This document shows, piece by piece, positions 1 through 13,925 of a stretch of 64,000 nt of DNA (the first letter of the stretch is position 1; each line of letters begins with the position of its first letter). Both the position numbers and the translations under genes were made by a program. The notes beneath the pieces are model-generated. The model was not told the origin of the DNA and searched no databases. It saw nothing but the letters and a program-made list of their open reading frames with translations. This DNA comes from Tubiluchus corallicola (taxonomy: Eukaryota > Animalia > Priapulida): NCBI GenBank assembly GCA_030141605.1, contig JAQGDQ010000315.1, positions 212,505 to 276,504 of the forward strand, written 5' to 3'.

Positions 1-1970
1 TAGCTTATAGGCTATAGTTTTTGCTTAATGGCTGGCATTTTGTAGTTGATTTATTTAATTGGAATTTCATTTTGAAATCAATGAATAATTTAAGTAGCAT
101 AAGTCCTATATAGAGTAATTGAATATGTTTTATATATAATGTCGTATAATTTGTGTCACAATATACGTACGCTTTGACCTGCGAAACGTGCTCGCAGTCA
201 GGCGAAGTAAAGGAGAGAGCTGGGGCACCAGGTGCTGGGTGTGCTTAGTGTTATACAATGGTAGTACTGGTCTGCTAATTAAGTAATTTATCAGCTAATT
301 AATCCCTGACAACGAGAGCTTATGTTGGGTCGAAACGGTAATGATGAATTCCAAATCGACATTGAAGCATGAAATACGTGCTGTGAAGTAGGTCTTTGTC
401 TTTCAAGTTTACTAGCACGGCTCTGCAATAAGCCTTTTCAGTGTGATGATGCTTTGTGCCCGGCTGGTAAAATAGATTGTGCATCTACAGAATTGTTGTA
501 GTCTTTAAGTGAGCTCTCGATTATAGTTAACGCTAAGATTTTCATTAACAGTTTCAAACATAATTTATTATTTTAACAGAATTCAGAATTGCCAAACATC
601 AGTAAACAATCAGAATCCAAACTTGGTTCGAAATATAATATAACAGTGGATTAACAAATTATCGCTTTAGTAATTTGCCAAGATTACAAACCAACTTCTT
701 AACTACTGCTACTTTAAGCTGTATTTAACAACAGTGCACAACTACAAATAATCAAATACAATCTTCCACGTATTAACAAAAATACGATAAGTAAAAATCA
801 CTTAATTCTGGGACTAGCTAATTTATAAGGTCCAGTAATTGCCCCAGTCCTGTTCCTATTAAGAGCTGTTATCTGTGCCTCAGTGGTTGGCTTGATCCAA
901 CTATGCAGAAGTCATCTACGCTGATAGCAATGGAAAGTTCAGCTCCTACCGTCAGAACGTACGACAGAGAGTTCACACCTTGTCACCTTCTTGATATCAA
1001 TGCCCAAGTCTCAACCTCCTCCTTCTCCTTCAACCTTTCCTTTATAAAAGCTATATAACTTTGTGTTTGTCTAGTCAGCATATTTGAAAACTATTTTATG
1101 TATTATTATTGTGCAAGTCAGTAGATTTATCTTCATTCAATAAGCCTAGTCATGATGAAGTTAAAGTCAAAATCAAAATGTGTTTAATTCTTGTTATTGA
1201 TTCACTGTATTCTTAAACCAAAATGATATAATATAACATAACAAATATGAAATGTTTTTCACTCAAAATTAAAATGTTAATTTTAGTTTATGCAAGATCG
1301 ACCCTATTCTATTGAGCCAATAATTTATAGTATTTTCTTTATTTTGAATTACTTAATTATATTGTAAATGTCACAATTTTAAAAATTAAAAATGTTTCTT
1401 AAATTAAGTTGACGTCATTAACTCTCATGCCCACCAGTATATAATGATCATTAATTTTTTTATATTCGGTAAAGGATAGCAGACTAGGTGACTTTATAAT
1501 CTCTTCGCTATCCTTTCTCTAGTCAGACACGAGAGGGTAAGATCAGCTACAAAAACTTCTAGTAATATCGAGCATGTACTAACATTATTATGGATTTGAA
1601 AAATACGTATTTTTACCATATAGTTTAGCTGCCATTGTGGCTGCGTATTTTGTGAAGGATTGCGTAGGCTTAACTACATATTCACTAATGCAACAGCCTC
1701 GTGTATCGAGCACTACGACAAAGGTCTGTGTTTGTGCCTCCTCTTTAGAACTGCATCTGAAGCTACACGTGAACTACATTAAGAAAGCAGCATAATAATT
1801 GACGGATTGATACAAGTGTGCCTATCGTTGCAATTACACTCCATTAGTTGTTTTGCTTCTGAAAAATAATGTCTCATTAGTCTTATCAGTGTCGACTGTT
1901 TTCTCAATTGCTTAGGGAAAAGCAAGGTCTACCGTACTGAAGAGCAAGAAGCAGTTATAATGAAGTCAGA

Positions 1971-2012
1971 GGCAGCAGCAACAGCACCATCATCAGCAGC
2001 AGCAACAGTAGT

Positions 2013-2074
<62 letters not shown>

Positions 2075-2098
2075 CAACAACAACAACAACAGCAGCAG

Positions 2099-2134
<36 letters not shown>

Positions 2135-2280
2135 TAACAACAGTAGCAGCAGCAGCAACAGCAGCAGGAGCAGCAGCAGCAACAACAACAGCAATCATCA
2201 TCATCAGCAGCAGCAGTAGCAGCAGCAGCAGTAGTAGTAGCAGCAGCAGCAGTAACAACAACAACAACAGCATCATCATC

Positions 2281-2339
<59 letters not shown>

Positions 2340-2392
2340 CAGCAGGAGCAGCAGCAGCAATACCAGCAGGAGCAGCAGCAGCAGCAGGAGCA
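1971..2392. repeat. Compound trinucleotide microsatellite (CAG/CAA/CAT/TAG)n
   Basis: Direct reading; explains the poly-L/A/S/T/C ORFs at 1929-2448. Confidence 0.97.
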
Positions 2393-2614
2393 GTGTCAAA
2401 ATTTATTACAATCAAACGTGGGCCTGTTTAGAGTTCCCGAATTTTTAAAAGCTTTTTGTAAATCGTATGCTGCGCAATTTGCTCTTTAAACGATTTTAGC
2501 ATATACACCAGACAAACTAATACGTCCTTTATTTGTTCATAAATGTTGAACCACCGTATAGGAAATCGGCAATCAATTCCATCGTGGTATTCGAGAAAAC
2601 TTGAAGAATGTCAG

Positions 2615-2962
2615 GTGCTGTTAGGGAATTCTGTCTTAGATGTTTGGAAACTTTGTCTTGGATGTTTGGGAACTATCTCTTTGATGTTGCGAAAGTCTCT
2701 CTTTGATGTTTGGGAACTATCTCTTGGATGGGGAAACTCTCTCTAGGATGTTGAGGAACTCTCTCTTGGAGAACTTTCACTTCGATGTTGGGAACTCTCT
2801 ATTGGATGCTGGAGAACTCTCTCTTAGACGTTGGAGAACTCTCTCTTGGACATTGGGAAACTCTCTCCTGGATGTTGGGAAACTCTCTCTTGGATGTTGC
2901 AGAACTCTCTCTCTTGGATGTTGGAGAACTCTCTCTTGGATACTGGATAACTTTCTCTTGGA
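2615..2962. repeat. Degenerate ~21-25 bp minisatellite, consensus ~GGATGTTGG(A/G)(G)AACTCTCTCTT
   Basis: About 15 diverged copies visible; explains the LLDVGELSL-type ORFs. Confidence 0.85.
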
Positions 2963-5297
2963 GAGTTCGTTCATCAAAACATTGTTTATAAAAATGAGAA
3001 GATAAAGATAAAAATTAAAGTACATTGAAACATTCCCCCGGGGCTTTATCTTGAATAGAAACAGAACAACAAAAATGACAAACTGTCGTCAGAGCCACCC
3101 CGTATTTACTTGGTGATGAAACAAAATGTTGATTCAAAAGTCGATTGAAACTGAGTTTCCAATTAACTTTGTAAACTGGCACAACTGTAACTATAATGGT
3201 GATATATATTTTTTATACCTTGCATATAAATGTGCAACTAAGGAATTTACCATAAGCGAGTTAAGACCTTAGAAAGCAATGACTATTTATACCATTCTCA
3301 AGGTGCTAGTTACATATTATTGAACTTTGACCTGCGTGGGTCATTTTCGAGTCACTTTCATCGCTTTTTATTGTAATATGAATAAAAGTTTTTAACTTTG
3401 CTACTTTCTTGTTATTTACTGCTCTTGTGTACATCACGTGGTTTTCAGTTCAGTTTTGTTTTTTCCTTTCAATTTTTTATTTTTTTTTAAATATCCAGCT
3501 GCAAGATGTTCCTTTTTGCTTTTATGTTTAACTAATGTACGATTGCATCTTTTGCCCTGTTTTCTGATGTTTTTTTTTTTTTTACTTTTTTACCGCTGTT
3601 TTCAGCTGCCATATTTTGCTTTTATCTTTTATACTGAATGCTTTAATACCTATATATCTCTATTTTTTACCACTTTCTTCGCTATAGTATTCACACTATT
3701 ACGCTTCACTTACGAGCTAGGGTTCATTTTTTCTATTATGTGCTTTTACCTTCGTCATTGCAATATTTTGTTATTTATACTTCTATTTTTATCGTATCTT
3801 ATTACACCTGTTTTGCGCGCGTGATGCCATTGAATATTATATATTATTATTATTAATAGAATGTGCCCATCCTACGCGTTCTGTCTAATCACTTACTCCT
3901 ACGTCTTAGAGCAACAAAAGACGCAAACAAGAATAAAACTCTTGAATATAATGAAGTATCAAACTATAGGACAGGTTAGTGCCATATAGGTGAATGAAGC
4001 AAGCATAGGCAAATAATCACATTTTCGTAAAGACAAGTCAATATTAATTTCGATTCTTCCCTTAATCCATGATCGTAAAAGTTGTGAATTAAATTTATAA
4101 AAAAGGAAAAATCAAATTATGCAAAACCTGAATACGAGTGCCACCTGTCTTGATAAAACTAAGAGGAACCATGTTTTTATATGCTCCTAGATCTTTGTGT
4201 TGTTACATTAAATTCTGCATGCCCTGGATTTGGCTTAATGGTTCTCCACTTAAATATTGTAAGTTCTTATGATTATTTAGGTTATGCATTCACTTCTCAT
4301 TTACGTGATGATGAGGCTATGAAAGTGTAGTGAAAAGGTCTTTATGTAAGGGCAAATACTTTATTGGTTAAATTCTCTAAATGTTGTGTAAATACGAAAA
4401 TGGTATGCGTGTCAATTTTACGCGTGCGTCCTATGGTGCAACTTTTTCCAATACAACTACACTTTTTACTGGTGGCTCACAATAATCCATTTCCCAGGCT
4501 CTTCAACATTTTGGGATGATGCAGCATACGTGAAAAAATTGTAAATTTTAATATTCACAACTATGAATTTATTTCACGAAAGATAACAGGTCCTTTATAT
4601 TTTGGCAGGTAGAACTACCTAATGATATAATTGATAAATTGTATGTTTACTCTGCATATCATAATGCAGTTATATGGACGAACTGCCACAGACTACGTTT
4701 TGCATTATGAAATCAAAATCTTTTAGCATTTTAAAGGTGACTTTTATTGGGTTTCATGTCTCTGTATATTGCATTGTTTAGTGATCCGTCTTGTGTATTT
4801 ATGTTTTGTATCTGATTGTGTATGTATGTATGTATATATTTTAACATTTTATCAGTCTCTATCGCATTTTGATAGTATAGCTGAGTGTTTCTTATGCAAT
4901 GCTATATATTTTTAAATATATGAAATAACAATTAAATAAAAAAGTAGTAATCTATTCATACATCTCAGTACTCTCTACTTTTGTAAGAATGATAAAAGTT
5001 GCCACTTTAATTATTAACTTTATACCAGCTGGCTTTATCTGCTAAATTTTATTACTTTAATAATCTGCTGAAATGACGCAATATCTTTGCACTTTCAACG
5101 TTTTTTTTCATTTTACATTAAAAGCAATACAATAGTCATTGTTAATTTTTGTTTGTGACATTTTATGTCTCTATAATCACACCAAGGATGGAAACTTTGT
5201 CTAATTAAATGGATCAACAGTCTATACCCCACCCGAGTAATCATTCTCACACAGAGACTGATAAACTTTCTGGGAGCTTCTATATATAAGACTGAGT

Positions 5298-8200
5298 CCT
5301 TATCCAGGACGTAAGTTACTTACTCGGCACCCTTATCCAGGATATAAGTTATTTACTCGGCACTTTTACCTAGGATGTAAGTTATTTACTCGGCACCCTT
5401 ATTCAGGATATAAGTTATTTACTCGGCACCTTTACCTAGGATGTAAGTTATTTACTCGGCACCCTTATTCAGGATATAAGTTATTTACTCGGCACCTTTA
5501 CCTAGGATGTAAGTTATTTACTCGGCACCCTTATCCAGGATTTAAGTTACTTACTCGGTACCATTATCCAGGATTTAAGTTACTTACTCGGCACACTTAT
5601 CCAGGATGTAAGTTACTTACTTGGTACCCTTATCCAGGATGTAAGTTACTTACTCGGCACCCTTATCCAGGATTTAAGTTACTTACTCGGCACACTTATC
5701 CAGGATGTAAGTTACTTACTTGGTACCCTTATCCAGGATGTAAGTTACTTACTCGGCACACTTATCCAGGATTTAAGTTACTTACTCGGCACCCTTATCC
5801 AGGATGTAAGTTACTTACTCGGCACACTTATCCAGGATGTAAGTTACTTACTCGGCACACTTATCCAGGATGTAAGTTACTTACTCGGCACACTTATCCA
5901 GGATGTAAGTTACTTACTCGGCACCCTTATCCAGGATATAAGTTATTTACTCGGCACCTTTACCTAGGATGTAAGTTATTTACTCGGCACCCTTATCCAG
6001 GATTTAAGTTACTTACTCGGTACCCTTATCCAGGATTTAAGTTACTTACTCGGCACCTTTACCTAGGATGTAAGTTATTTACTCGGCACCCTTATCCAGG
6101 ATGTAAGTTACTTACTCGGCACACTTATCCAGGATTTAAGTTACTTACTCGGCACCCTTATCCAGGATGTAAGTTACTTACTCGGCACACTTATCCAGGA
6201 TGTAAGTTACTTACTCGGCACACTTATCCAGGATGTAAGTTACTTACTCGGCACACTTATCCAGGATGTAAGTTACTTACTCGGCACCCTTATCCAGGAT
6301 ATAAGTTATTTACTCGGCACCTTTACCTAGGATGTAAGTTATTTACTCGGCACCCTTATCCAGGATTTAAGTTACTTACTCGGTACCCTTATCCAGGATT
6401 TAAGTTACTTACTCGGCACACTTATCCAGGATGTAAGTTACTTACTTGGTACCCTTATCCAGGATGTAAGTTACTTACTCGGCACACTTATCCATGATGT
6501 AAGTTACTTACTCGGCACACTTATCCATGATGTAAGTTACTTACTCGGTACCGTTATCCAGGATGTAAGTTACTTACTCGACACCATTATCCAGGATGTA
6601 AGTTACTTACTCGGCACCTTTATCCAGGATGTAAGTTACTTACTCGGCACTTTCATCCAGGATGTAAGTTACCTACTCGGCACCATTATCCAGGATTTAA
6701 GTTAGTTACTCGGTACCGTTATCCAGGATTTTAGTTACTTACTCGGCACTTTTATCCAGGATGTAAGTTACTTACTCGACACCATTATCCAGGATGTAAG
6801 TTACTTACTCGGCACCTTTATCCAGGATGTAAGTTACTTACTCGGCACTTTCATCCAGGATGTAAGTTACTTACTCGGCACTTTCATCCAGGATGTAAGT
6901 TACCTACTCGGCACCATTATCCAGGATTTAAGTTAGTTACTCGGTACCGTTATCCAGGATTTTAGTTACTTACTCGACACTGTTATCCAGGATGTAAGTT
7001 ACTTACTCGGCACACTTATCCAGGATGTAAGTTACTTACTCGGCACTTTTATCCAGGATGTAAGTTACTTACTCGGCACTTTTATCCAGGATGTAAGTTA
7101 CTTACTCGGCACTTTTATCCAGGATGTAAGTTACTTACTCGGCTTCCTTATCCAGGATGTAAGTTACTTACTCGGCACCTTTATCCAGGATGTAAGTTAC
7201 TTACTCGGCACTTTCATCCAGGATGTAAGTTACCTACTCGGCACCATTATCCAGGATTTAAGTTAGTTACTTGGTACCGTTATCCAGGATTTTAGTTACT
7301 TACTCGACATTGTTATCCAGGATGTAAGTTACTTACTCGGCACACTTATCCAGGATGTAAGTTACTTACTCGGCACTTTCATCCAGGATGTAAGTTACCT
7401 ACTCGGCACCATTATCCAGGATTTAAGTTAGTTACTCGGTACCGTTATCCAGGATTTTAGTTACTTACTCGACACTGTTATCCAGGATGTAAGTTACTTA
7501 CTCGGCACACTTATCCAGGATGTAAGTTACTTACTCGGCACTTTTATCCAGGATGTAAGTTACTTACTCGGCACTTTTATCCAGGATGTAAGTTACTTAC
7601 TCGACACCATTATCCAGGATGTAAGTTACTTACTCGGCACCATTATCCAGGATGTAAGTTACTTACTCTGCTTCCTTATCCAGGATGCAAGTTACTTACT
7701 CGGCTTCCTTATCCAGGATGTAAGTTACTTACTCGGCTTCCTTATCCAGAATGTAAGTTACTTACTCGGCTTCCCTATCCAGGATATAAGTTACTTACTC
7801 GGCTTCCTTATCCAGGATGTAAGTTACTTACTCTGCTTCCTTATCCAGAATGTAAGTTACTTACTCGGCTTCCTTATCCAGGATGTAAGTTACTTACTCT
7901 CCTTCCTTATCCAGGATGCAAGTTACTTACTCGGCTTCCTTATCCAGGATGTAAGTTACTTACTCGGCTTCCTTATCCAGGATGTAAGTTACTTACTCTG
8001 CTTCCTTATCCAGAATGTAAGTTACTTACTCGGCTTCCTTATCCAGGATGTAAGTTACTTACTCGGCTTCCTTATCCAGGATGTAAGTTACTTACTCGGC
8101 TTCCTTATCCAGGATGCAAGTTACTTATTCCGCTTCCCTATCCAGGATGTAAGTTACTTACTCGGCTTCCTTATCCAGGATGTAAGTTACTTACTCTGCT

Positions 8201-8818
8201 TCCTTATCCAGAATGTAAGTTACTTACTCGGCTTCCTTATCCAGGATGTAAGTTACTTACTCGGCTTCCTTATCCAGAATGTAAGTTACTTACTCGGCTT
8301 CCTTATCCAGAATGTAAGTTACTTACTCGGCTTCCTCATCCAGGATGTAAGTTACTTACTCGGCTTCCTTATCCAGAATGTAAGTTACTTACTCGGCTTC
8401 CTTATCCAGAATGTAAGTTACTTACTCGGCTTCCCTATCCAGGATATAAGTTACTTACTCTGCTTCCTTATCCAGAATGTAAGTTACTTACTCGGCACCC
8501 TCATCCATGATGTAAGTTACTTACTCGGCTTCCTTATCCAGGATGCAAGTTACTTACTCGGCTTCCTCATCCAGGATGCAAGTTACTTACTCGGCTTCCT
8601 TATCCAGGATGTAAGTTACTTACTCTGCTTCCTTATCCAGAATGTAAGTTACTTACTCGGCTTCCTTATCCAGGATGCAAGTTACTTACTCGGCTTCCTC
8701 ATCCAGGATGCAAGTTACTTACTCGGCACCCTCATCCAGGATGTAAGTTACTTACTCGGCTTCCTTATCCAGGATGCAAGTTACTTACTCGGCTTCCCTA
8801 TCCAGGTGCAAGTTACTT
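5298..8818. repeat. 33-bp minisatellite array (~106 copies), unit TTATCCAGGATGTAAGTTACTTACTCGGCACCC
   Basis: Period measured directly (TATCCAG at 5301 and 5334); variation is concentrated in a ~7-nt segment after ACTC. Confidence 0.98.
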
Positions 8819-9213
8819 AAATCATAACGGTTTTCAGAAAATTTATTTATAGTATTTATTTATTTGGTTATGCAGCAAAACCTTAAAATGATCAACGTGT
8901 AATTGAAGATATTTTTGTAAAAAAGGACATTTTTTACGAACAATGGTCTATTCATAACTAAGGGACTGTTTTGTACTTAACTGGCGACGTAAAATATAAG
9001 CCACAAACCAGCAGTAAAATGCCCCGAAGTAATCCGTTCGTTTAACATCAGTCTATACACAGTCTACACTGTTAAACTTTGATTCTCCTCACAGGAGCGC
9101 TCATAAACAGTTCTAAAACTCGACTATATTGTTACTAATTGCTTAGAGGGTATAACGCCATGACGTAAGTGACGTGACCCCGTGGGAGGATGACTTAGCG
9201 CAGGTGACGTGAC

Positions 9214-9569
9214 CAGGGCCTATTTCAAGGGGGGGGGGAAGTGGGGATACTTCCCCGGGGCCTCACCCTCCAGGGGGGCCTCACGCGAAGGTAACATTTT
9301 TTTGCTTTATGCAAACATACTGCCTCCTCTCTCCCTCTCTCTCTCTCTTGCCGCACGCGCGCCGTTTGCCAGTATTGACAAGTATTAAGCACTGGCCTTG
9401 AGAATAAAGCAGTTTTTCTTTCAATTGTTCTTTCCTTTAACAACTGTATAACTCCATATTTTCTCTTCGAAAATGCTTCTCCAGCCTTCTAGCAGTTCAA
9501 AAATCTTCTCCGGCCTTCTCCTCACACGCCCCACTTCCCCGGGCCTCGCTTAGGCTGAAATAGGCCCTG
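9214..9569. mobile_element. hAT-type MITE, 356 bp
   Basis: Perfect 14-bp TIRs CAGGGCCTATTTCA (9214-9227) and TGAAATAGGCCCTG (9556-9569); 8-bp TSD GACGTGAC at 9206-9213 and 9570-9577. An 8-bp TSD with CAGGG termini is typical of hAT. Confidence 0.92.
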
Positions 9570-10058
9570 GACGTGACCCCGTGGGAGGATGACTGTAGAC
9601 GGTTACACAGTATAAATTACGCCATGTTAAGCGAGCTGAAATAGAAACTGACTTGGTAGTTAGCAGATACTTTCATTGTTAATAAAACTAATTAACGTTG
9701 AAGTTGTTTGTTGGCGACTAATTACGTTTTCATTCGTGGGTGCACACGTAATTATTATTTTATGTAGAACCGTAAAGTTGGCATTCTAATTAAATGCGAC
9801 TTCAAGCGAGTTTTTTTCACTAAACTTTAACGTTTTCTCTGCAGTTCTTAATCCACAGGAAATTAAACACAGCTGCAGAATTCTTCATAGCTTATAACGA
9901 AAGAACAGGATATGTAATGTAATAAAAGTATTAATAAGATAAAAACAAGTTAATCATTAAATTAATTAATATGAAAAGGTTCCCTACTAAGAAAATGTTT
10001 TATAGTCCAATATCTCTCATTTTTATCTGATGAGTCTGGGTGAATCCAAGCTATATAA

Positions 10059-10835
10059 AGAGGAAGTCAGGCAATTTTAAAACAAAAAATGACGATTTTC
10101 CATATCCTACCCCATTTTGACGTGCGGTAACATGTATACATTTTAACACATATAGTACCACCAAAGCATTTTTATAATTAAATAATGTATTAAAAACTTA
10201 ACGACAGACGAACCCAACTACTGAAGACGTTGCAAACGAACACAATTTTCAACAGCACAAACGTTTATTGAGCTTGTTGCACGTATTTGCGAAAGTGAAA
10301 ATTTAAGTACAGTGCTACTGCACAACATTCAGAGTAACAAACAAAAACTCGGCAAATTTAAAAATAAAAAATTTACTAACTTCACATTAACTTGCATTCA
10401 CTTATGAGCATTTGCTTTTGTAACATATTTTCTCCAGCAAGTGCTATTAAACCCAAAAACTTTGTTTGTTAGAATCTTAGGATTAGCAGAGAGCATGTCT
10501 TTAATTCTGTTGAATTCAGATCTGAGTCAATCAATCAATCAGTCAGTTGGCTGTGCTCACGAATGAGCTCTCGAACGTGTGTATTACGTCACAAACGAAT
10601 AACACTGAATTGAGGTACGCGATCTGCCTGTAGGTGCTAGTACCCGTCTAACTAGCGAATGGCGAAATGCATATAACAGCGAAAAACTAATGGCAGGAAC
10701 ACGAATTTGCATTTTTGTGGTAATAATTATTTTTTCACGTAAGTCATTCTTTAAAAAAATTGTACGTTTCCTTTCAATATTTTGAAGAGTAGATTGTTTT
10801 GATCTACAGTTTAACATTATGGGTGCGATTTTCCT
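10059..10835 (+). mobile_element. Kolobok-like non-autonomous DNA element (family B), diverged copy carrying a nested insertion
   Basis: Colinear with the copies at 49653 and 61389 (e.g. CCGTCTAACTAGCGAATGGCGAAATGCA); ends GATTTTCCT-TTAA; interrupted at ~10380-10548. Confidence 0.75.
10380..10548 (-). mobile_element. Short interspersed repeat (family C), copy 1, nested in the family B element
   Basis: Reverse complement of 11600-11770; (TCAA/TCAG)n at one end. Confidence 0.75.
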
Positions 10836-11049
10836 TTAAAGTATGTCCAAAAAACGTTCCACACTCTTTTATATTACTTAGCAAGATGCTTATCTTATGA
10901 AGCCTTACGTAACTAGAGAAGAAAATTTTAACAATTCAAAATGTTATCCCCAATTGCTAAAACGTCGTTGACTCACCTTCCCAATGTGCAACACTGATTC
11001 ACCAAGTACTGTATTTTTAATCTTGTTCACAAGATATAGTAATTTCAAC

Positions 11050-11325
11050 TTTTACTTAGTCAGCGAAAAGTATGTGCTACGAATCCTCTGATTATTTTTT
11101 CAAACTTTACGCAATGTTATCTAAATTAGTTTCAAACGACTTACCGGTCAAAATGGCTGCGCGAAAGTTTAAATGATCAAGTTTTATACAGCGTTACTGC
11201 TAATACAGCGTTACGTGAGCAATAAAGTAGTACATGGGCGATAGAAAATTTCAAGACGATTTATTTAGCTCATGTAAGTAAAGTTATGCTTTAAAAAGAA
11301 TTTTTGAAAACAAATGAACCTTAAT
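11050..11325 (+). mobile_element. Diverged copy of MITE family D
   Basis: Shares GATTATTTTTTCAAACTTTA(C/T)GCAATGTTATCTAA...GACTTACCG with 38383-38670; ends AACC-TTAA. Confidence 0.65.
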
Positions 11326-11599
11326 CTCGTCCCGCTAAACAGCTTAACAGCTTTGCAAAGCTACGTTCAAAACCCGTGCGGGAGTGGCATGAAGTGGGCG
11401 TGTTTTGGGTTGGGGGAGGCATATTCGGCTGCATCTGACTAGGACATAGTATTGTTTTTTCAGCATCTGCTTCTGGTCATTAACTCATCAGGTTAATTGT
11501 CGCTGTAAACCGTTAAGTTGCTGTTTATGATTGACGACAGCTATTATTTATCTATAATTGATCTCAAGTCAACTAATTTGATAGATTAAGATCTAATTT

Positions 11600-11770
11600 G
11601 ACTGACAGATTGATTGATTGACTGACTCAGACCTGAATTCAACAGAATTGAAGACATGTTCTCTGCTTATCCTAAGATTCTAGCAAACCAAATTTCTGAG
11701 AATAATAGCATTTGCTGGAGAAAATATGTTGGAAAAGCAAATACTCATAAATGAATGCAAGGTAAGGTGA
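11600..11770 (+). mobile_element. Short interspersed repeat (family C), copy 2
   Basis: Inverted relative to 10380-10548; runs directly into the G-rich pentamer array. Confidence 0.75.
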
Positions 11771-12495
11771 GGTCAGGTGATGCGGGGTTGGATGAGGTCA
11801 GGTGAGGTGTGGTGAGGTGGGGTGGAGTGAGGTCAGGTGAGGTGTGGTGAGATGAGATGAGATGAGATCAGTTCAGGTGAGGTGGGTAAGTGGGGTGGGG
11901 AGGGTGAGGTGAGGTGGGGCGAGGTCAGGTGAGATGAAGTCAGGTCAGATGAGGTGAGGAGAGGTGGGGTGGAGTGAGGTCAGGTGAGGTGTGGTGAGGT
12001 GAGATGAGATGAGATCAGGTGAGGTGAGGTGGGTAAGTGGGGTGGGGCAGGTGAGGTGAGGTGGGGCGAGGTCAGGTGAGATGAAGTCAGGTCAGATGAG
12101 GTGAGGAGAGGTGGGGTGGAGTGGAGTGGAGTGAGGTCAGGTGAGGTGTGGTGAAATGAGATGAGGTCAGGTCAGGTGAGGTGGGTAAGTGGGGTGAGGC
12201 GGGTGAGGTGAGGTGGGGCGAGGTCAGGTGAGATGAAGTCAGGTCAGATGAGGTGACGAGAGGTGGGGTGGAGTGAGGTCAGGTGAGGTGTGGTGAGATG
12301 AGATGAGGTCAGGTCAGGTGAGGTGGGTAAGTGGGGTGGGGCGGGTGAGGTGAGGTGGGGCGAGGTCAGGTGAGATGAAGTCAGGTCAGATGACGTGAAG
12401 CCGGGTGGGGTGAGGTAAGTTCAGGTCAGACGAGGTAAGGTAAGTGAAGTGAATAAGAGAGAAAGGGAATTGAAGTAAGGTAAGGTAAGGTAAGA
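11760..12495. repeat. G-rich pentamer array (GAGGT/GGGGT/CAGGT/GAGAT) with ~146-150 bp higher-order repeat (~4 copies)
   Basis: The block GGGGCGAGGTCAGGTGAGATGAAGTCAGGTCAGATGA recurs at ~11916, 12063, 12215 and 12357. Confidence 0.9.
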
Positions 12496-13378
12496 GCTAT
12501 ATTCCATTGGAAAACTTTGTGGCCTCCATGAAGAATTTTGCAAGGCGGCACAAGATTTTTCTCAAAACTGAGGATATGATGTACAGTAAATCCACATGTA
12601 AACTCTCATAAATGCTTTATTTCCGTGATCAGATAAAACATAATGTAACAAACATATTCAATCAATGCAGCAACATAAGACAGTTTTTACGCTAATATTC
12701 ACACAATCGCTTTTCAGATATTTTATAGTGAAATGCTTTTTAAACGTTCACAATTTCATTCAAAGGAAAATACTTCTATTTAAAAAACAACAAAAACAAA
12801 TATAATATTTAACTAGAGTACTAATTAAAATGCGCTTTTCTGACTTTTTGTTTGCAAAATTTCTAATAACACTAGCAAAAACAATTCGTTTGGCAATGCC
12901 AGATTCAGTACTTTGTCGTGCTAGATCAACAAGTCTGGTTTGAGACATAATAGACCTCTAATAGTTAATAAGTTTAAGTTTACCAAAAGATCTTTTAACT
13001 GATGCTGTGGGGCCCGACTTAGCTCTTGGAACCGTAACAATGTACCGGCTGGACGGTCTTTCATAGGTCTTGTTGTAATAGTTGAAATGACAAGGTGATA
13101 TTCTTACGAATTTTTCCACGTGTCTTCTTAACAAGGAAATGAACGTAAGCCTTCACAGTGATGTATACACCAACACCGGTCTATGCAGATAAACAGGATT
13201 ATGATATATAGCAAGAAATGAAAAGCAAACAAGAAGATCGTGTCATTATTGCACAATATCACTTTTAATAAACACCCTAAAGCACACAGAATCATCTTAA
13301 ATAACCAAAATGTATTTAGCATTTAGCTACCCTGTGTATACTGTATACCTTGGTAAATTAAATGTTAAAAAGTAATGT

Positions 13379-13925
<547 letters not shown>

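Noticed and set aside
300-345. Hammerhead-like CTGACAAC...GTCGAAACGGTA
   Set aside because: C3 faces A8, stem II pairs poorly and no stem I closes; at most a heavily decayed relic.
428-446. AATAAGCCTTTTCAG resembling the family A TIR
   Set aside because: Similarity ends after ~14 bp and no partner TIR was found.
1929-2448. Homopolymeric ORFs here and at 13.4, 24.3, 31.3, 33.2, 34.5, 36.9, 39.6, 45.9 and 54.7 kb
   Set aside because: Translations of microsatellites.
5298-8818. CRISPR-like appearance, and a YPGCKLLTRHP repeat frame
   Set aside because: No unique spacers (the variable part is ~7 nt and recurrent), no cas genes, eukaryotic context; the peptide frame is broken by TGA/TAG variants from ~6495 onward.
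10026-10055. CTGATGAG followed by a weak hairpin
   Set aside because: No GAAA or stem III downstream.
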